A stretch of 64,000 bases of DNA, taken from sequence record PZ179880.1. The stretch is one strand, 5' to 3'. Below, piece after piece: positions 59,904-64,000 of the stretch; within the stretch, counting starts at the first letter, position 1, and each line of letters begins with the position of its first letter. A program made the position numbers and the translations under genes. The stretch is from a phage. Under the pieces are notes generated by a model that saw nothing but the letters and a program-made list of their open reading frames with translations, searched no databases and had not been told where the DNA came from.

Positions 59904-60260
59904 TTAACCTCTATTCATAAAAGCATTAAAAATTTGGTCATCAATCGATGGAATAGCAATCTTTTCTGCGTCATTTAGCAAATCATTAATTTCATCAGAT
60001 AGCATAACACATGTACCTTTATTTCCTGTAATTGTTACTGCACAATTACGAACGTTTTCTTTATCAAATTTTAGGTTAATATTTTCGTAATGAAAATCCT
60101 TTAATGCCGAATATATTTTTAAAATGAAATTGTCTTTTACTACAATAAAACCGACTTCACTGTTAAAACGCGGCTCATGAAAACTGTAATAAACCTTTTC
60201 ATCTATAAAATCGTATGAAATTTTTTCCATTTTTAAATAAGAAAATTCAGAACTATACAT
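59904..60260 (-). CDS. hypothetical protein (61.1 slot)
   Basis: 118-aa ORF. Confidence 0.45.
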   Translation of the reverse strand: MYSSEFSYLKMEKISYDFIDEKVYYSFHEPRFNSEVGFIVVKDNFILKIYSALKDFHYENINLKFDKENVRNCAVTITGNKGTCVMLSDEINDLLNDAEKIAIPSIDDQIFNAFMNRG

Positions 60261-60272
60261 ATTAACCTCTAA

Positions 60273-60566
60273 TTACTCACCTACCACTTCAGCGATGATA
60301 TTTTTATTATTGAAGTTTTTATCGCAATACAGAACATAATTATACTGCATTACACCACCAGACTTAAGTTGTTTTTGCACTTCAGCTTTCATTTCAGGAC
60401 GATCACGCTCAACGATATTCATAATATCTGCTTCAATCTGAGTTTCAACCTCAGTCTGATCTGCAGTCATAGACCATTCGCACAAATCTTTATCATAACC
60501 TGCCATAGCAGGCTGAGCAGCACAAGAAGCTAAAGCAAAAATTGCAGCAAAAACAAATTTTTTCAT
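60273..60566 (-). CDS. sp: Spackle periplasmic protein (superinfection immunity / lysozyme inhibitor)
   Basis: 97 aa; cleavable signal peptide (ALASCAAQPAMA). Confidence 0.65.
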   Translation of the reverse strand: MKKFVFAAIFALASCAAQPAMAGYDKDLCEWSMTADQTEVETQIEADIMNIVERDRPEMKAEVQKQLKSGGVMQYNYVLYCDKNFNNKNIIAEVVGE

Positions 60567-60626
60567 GATAATCTCCTCAGTAGTTTATGTTTATATAATA
60601 TCTCAATTTTCAATAAAAGTAAACAC

Positions 60627-60929
60627 TTATTTTAAAACTTTTGCATAATCACATGTTACAAACTGTTTCTCTAACTTGACGATTTTACGAAAGTATCTTT
60701 TGCATTGACGAATCTGTCGCTTCGTAGGACGCACAGCAAACTTAATAGATTCCACTCGACCAAATGGAGGACTTTCTTCTGCTGAAATATCTAACACCAA
60801 TTCCCACGTATCCGCAATAAGTGCTTTGAATTGTGTATTTTTCCTGATGTTATACGGAGTAGGTTTAAATAAAACCGTATGCATATTACCCTCGCCAATC
60901 AGATTCAAAAACTTTTTTATCATTAACAA
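60627..60929 (-). CDS. hypothetical basic protein (61.2-61.4 slot; start may be internal MHTVLF)
   Basis: 100-aa ORF overlapping dmd 3' end. Confidence 0.4.
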   Translation of the reverse strand: MLMIKKFLNLIGEGNMHTVLFKPTPYNIRKNTQFKALIADTWELVLDISAEESPPFGRVESIKFAVRPTKRQIRQCKRYFRKIVKLEKQFVTCDYAKVLK

Positions 60930-61068
60930 ATGCTTTAACTAGTGCTTTATTAACTTCAGCATATTGAGTAGTAGCCCATTGAACGTCATCTTTCATCATT
61001 GTGGTCTCTTTAGTAAACATGCTTTCATTCTTAAACCACCCCATAAAAACTACCTTTACCAATTCCAT
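60886..61068 (-). CDS. dmd: Dmd (antitoxin against host RnlA/LsoA RNase toxins)
   Basis: 60 aa; adjacent to gene 41; matches remembered T4 Dmd. Confidence 0.6.
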   Translation of the reverse strand: MELVKVVFMGWFKNESMFTKETTMMKDDVQWATTQYAEVNKALVKAFVNDKKVFESDWRG

Positions 61069-61099
61069 AACAATCTCCTCATTTAACCAACAAGACTAC

Positions 61100-61127
61100 T
61101 ATACCATAGTCTTGTCAGCTTGTAAAC
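61100..61127 (-). promoter_or_regulatory. early promoter with 8-bp inverted repeat across -10
   Basis: GTTTAC; CAAGACTA/TAGTCTTG inverted repeat around TGGTATAG. Confidence 0.45.
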
Positions 61128-62554
61128 TAAAATTTTAATTCATTCGCCAAAGCATCTAACTGAGCTCGAGTGGATTCATTTCTTTGATAGCGATTCTGCT
61201 CAGCTTGTATCTGTTGTGAACCTGCTACCTCACTCACTTCAGTTGGAGTAGAATCTTGTTCAATTTCTACCCATTTCTGATTTCCTTTTTGAACACCCAT
61301 CAAAAACTTATTCCATTTATTCTTATCACCATATCGTGATTTGATTTGCTTAATAAGTTGTTGTTCAGCAGCTGCTAACTCCTCGGTTTCAATGACCGCA
61401 AGCATAAAATCAGCTGTTGCTGGAAGACCGGCAGATTCTGCAATATCGCTCATGTTAACATCAGAAGAATCCCAAGCTTGCTTACCAACCTGTGCTGCGG
61501 TCCAAAGAACAGTTTCGGTTTCAACAGCCAGAGCACGCAATTCCTCTGCGATAGCTTTAACAGTTGTGTAACTATTTTCTGAATACACTCTGATGCGGCA
61601 AGATTTACAAATACCTAGATAGTCGACAATAATGATTGTTGGAACAAAATTCTTCTTGAGTTTCAATTCATTTAAAAGAGATCGAAATGTATTAGCGTCT
61701 GCTCCACCAGTAGGATACTGTTTAACGATTAAACGACCGAGAGTAGATTTCTCACGCCATTTTTCCATTTTTCCTTTATACTCAGCGTAAGAAATATGCC
61801 CATCATCAATGTCATCAAGAGAAACATCAAGCATATTAGCGTCAATACGTTTAGCACAGACTTCTTCTGCCATTTCCATGGAAATGTAAAGAACATTATG
61901 TCCGAGCTGCAAATAATCTGCTGCCAATGAACACAATCCTAATGACTTACCAACGTTAACACCAGCCATTAAAACATTCAGTGTTCCAGTTTCAGCTCCA
62001 CCTTTAGTAATTTTATTTAGAATTTTGAGTTTAAATGGAACCTTACGCGCTTTATTCATATAAGATAGCCAACGTGCTTCATAGTCATCCATCCAATCAT
62101 GACCAACGTAACTATCAAATGAAATTGATAATGCTTGACGCATGATGTCAGGAATAGCACCTACATCTGGCATTTTCTTATTTCGTTTTTCCGGAGGAAG
62201 CTCAGCATTAGTTTGAATTTCAATTATTTTAGATGTGGCATTAAACATCGCCCTTTGCTGAACATATTTTTCTGTTTCTTTTACTAACCAGCTGTGGTCT
62301 TCTGGAGAATCGGCTAGTTTTGAAATAAGTGTTTTTACACCAGAATATTCTGTTTCAGTAAATGAACTATTTTCTAATGCAACATTTAACGCATTAATAG
62401 ATGGAACGCTATGGTACTCATTAACATGAGACTTAATTAATTTGAATGTATTTTTAGCTGGACCACTTTCAAAATATTCTGAATCCATATATGGCCAAAC
62501 TTTTGAAAAATAAGCTTGATCAAATATGAGATGAGAAAGAATAATTTCTACCAC
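61127..62554 (-). CDS. 41: replicative DNA helicase gp41 (DnaB family)
   Basis: 475 aa; Walker A GVNVGKS. Confidence 0.95.
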   Translation of the reverse strand: MVEIILSHLIFDQAYFSKVWPYMDSEYFESGPAKNTFKLIKSHVNEYHSVPSINALNVALENSSFTETEYSGVKTLISKLADSPEDHSWLVKETEKYVQQRAMFNATSKIIEIQTNAELPPEKRNKKMPDVGAIPDIMRQALSISFDSYVGHDWMDDYEARWLSYMNKARKVPFKLKILNKITKGGAETGTLNVLMAGVNVGKSLGLCSLAADYLQLGHNVLYISMEMAEEVCAKRIDANMLDVSLDDIDDGHISYAEYKGKMEKWREKSTLGRLIVKQYPTGGADANTFRSLLNELKLKKNFVPTIIIVDYLGICKSCRIRVYSENSYTTVKAIAEELRALAVETETVLWTAAQVGKQAWDSSDVNMSDIAESAGLPATADFMLAVIETEELAAAEQQLIKQIKSRYGDKNKWNKFLMGVQKGNQKWVEIEQDSTPTEVSEVAGSQQIQAEQNRYQRNESTRAQLDALANELKF

Positions 62555-62563
62555 ACTTACTCC

Positions 62564-62926
62564 TTAAAAGAATTTAAATTTTTTCTTTGACCTTTTATTA
62601 AATGCATCTTGCAGTTGCATTGTAATACATTTTTCTACATGAGGAGCTAACTCAGCTTTTCTTTCTTGGTCAAGAACAGCAAAGTCCATTACGACTTTTC
62701 CATCAACCCAATCTAATTTTGTCACATACACAATGTGTGTAGAACCATCTTCTAGTTTAATGACAATCTCCTGGATAACATTTTCCATAGCAGATTTAAT
62801 TATCTTAAGAGATTCATTAAAAAGACGTTCTTTTCTTTCTTCTTCCCCCTCCGAAGAGGGGGATTCGTCGATAATTTCTAGATCTAAATCTAAATCATCT
62901 TTATTCATTAAATTCTTCCATATCAC
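62564..62926 (-). CDS. 40: gp40 head-assembly accessory protein
   Basis: 120-aa ORF between uvsX and 41. Confidence 0.5.
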   Translation of the reverse strand: MIWKNLMNKDDLDLDLEIIDESPSSEGEEERKERLFNESLKIIKSAMENVIQEIVIKLEDGSTHIVYVTKLDWVDGKVVMDFAVLDQERKAELAPHVEKCITMQLQDAFNKRSKKKFKFF

Positions 62927-64000
62927 TTAACTGATCTAGGTCAGTTTCTAAATCAGCTGCTGATTTGTTTTTACTTTCTGGAGATTTAAATTTTTCAACC
63001 TTTGAGTTAATCAATTCATCAACTTCAGCTTCAACAATTTCATTACTATCAATAGCACCTAACTGATAAGCACGTTTAATAGCATCTCGGAATGGTTGAT
63101 GCTTAAATAAAGGACCCCAGAATGTAGTGCAATTGGTATCTTTTGCACGCCAAGATTTTTCTTCGCGAATCATCTCACCGGTTTCTTCATCAAGAAATTC
63201 ACGGGCATACCAGCCATTTTTAGGTTTTACTACAAATCCTAATTCTAGAGCCATATCTAACAATCCAGAATAAGGATCGATACCACCGTCAAATTTAACA
63301 TCAATAAAGAATTTACTTTTTTCTTTGACGGTACGAGATTTTTCTACATTTAGAACAAATTGATACCCCTGAAGATCAGAACCATCTTTAATTTGACGTT
63401 TACCGATAATGAATACAGTATCAGCCGAATACATTACGCCTGTACCACCTGTCATCACGGTTTTACTAAACATTTCAATTGTTTCAATTGTATGGTTAAC
63501 CGCAACACATGGAATATTTTTAATGCTAAAATAAGGAGTAACAATACGGAATAATGACTTCAGTGATTTAGCACGAGTCATATCTGCCACAGATTTTTCA
63601 TTCAAGGCATCTTCCGTTTCTTTCTTAGAAGCCATATTACCGATTGAGTCGATGAATACAATAACTTTTTCACCGCGCTCAATAGCTTCAAGCTGATTCA
63701 CCATATCAATTTTCAGTTGTTCAACTGACTGAATTGGCGTATGAATTACTCGTTCCGGGTCAACTCCCATGGATCGCAAATAAGCTGGAGTAATACCAAA
63801 TTCGCTATCATAGAATAGACAAACCGCGTCAGGATATTTGTTCAAATATGCCGCAACCATAGTCAAAGACATATTTGATTTAAAGTGTTTAGAAGGCCCT
63901 GCAAAAATAGTTAAACCAGACTGCATACCGCCATCAATCGCACCAGAAATAGCAATATTCAGCATTGGAATTTTTGTACGGATTACATCCTTTTCATTAA
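62901..64000 (-). CDS. uvsX: UvsX recombinase (RecA-like), C-terminal ~370 codons; 5' end outside window
   Basis: Frame stays open to window edge (upstream reads ...NEKDVIRTKIP-MLNIAISG); Walker A GPSKHFKS; acidic C-terminus. Confidence 0.9.
   Translation of the reverse strand, partial: NEKDVIRTKIPMLNIAISGAIDGGMQSGLTIFAGPSKHFKSNMSLTMVAAYLNKYPDAVCLFYDSEFGITPAYLRSMGVDPERVIHTPIQSVEQLKIDMVNQLEAIERGEKVIVFIDSIGNMASKKETEDALNEKSVADMTRAKSLKSLFRIVTPYFSIKNIPCVAVNHTIETIEMFSKTVMTGGTGVMYSADTVFIIGKRQIKDGSDLQGYQFVLNVEKSRTVKEKSKFFIDVKFDGGIDPYSGLLDMALELGFVVKPKNGWYAREFLDEETGEMIREEKSWRAKDTNCTTFWGPLFKHQPFRDAIKRAYQLGAIDSNEIVEAEVDELINSKVEKFKSPESKNKSAADLETDLDQLSDMEEFNE

Overview
This 64-kb window reads as a contiguous piece of a T-even (T4/T2-like) myovirus genome. 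It is AT-rich and extremely compact, with about 117 protein-coding genes, pervasive 1-4 nt start/stop overlaps (ATGA, TAATG), and no rRNA, tRNA, CRISPR array or intron that I could find. All gene names are assigned from protein motifs, lengths and T4-type synteny recalled from memory; nothing was database-verified. Minus-strand early/middle genes run (high to low coordinate): uvsX(partial)-40-41-dmd-sp-61-dam-56-soc-modB-modA-srd-dda-dexA-motB-cef-goF-39(fused 39+60)-rIIA-rIIB-denB-ndd-stp-ac-52-motA-arn-asiA, then rnh-dsbA-33-59-32-frd-td-nrdA-HNH endonuclease-nrdB-denA-rnlA-alc-spanins-pseT-cd-31-rIII. A plus-strand late block at 22.4-32.6 kb carries long-tail-fibre genes 34-35-36-37, a T2-type gp38 adhesin with glycine-rich motifs, and holin t. 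Regulatory signals are readable by eye: early promoters (GTTTAC -35, TGnTAnTAT -10) recurring as ~80-bp promoter/stem-loop cassettes, MotA-box middle promoters, TATAAATA late promoters, and many UUCG-tetraloop hairpins. The most likely places for something undescribed are the small accessory insertions between conserved genes: (1) a PD-(D/E)xK-like ORF translationally coupled to dam plus an opposite-strand membrane ORF (57.85-58.71 kb); (2) the modB-soc cluster with a Cys-rich-tail protein (53.7-55.7 kb); (3) a TGA-interrupted frame beside soc (56.09-56.30 kb); (4) a NADAR-like/HAD-like pair at the window start; (5) a palindromic promoter variant at 46.98-47.02 kb; (6) a 217-bp noncoding GC-rich region at 2.6-2.8 kb. 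I cannot establish novelty for any of these without a database search.
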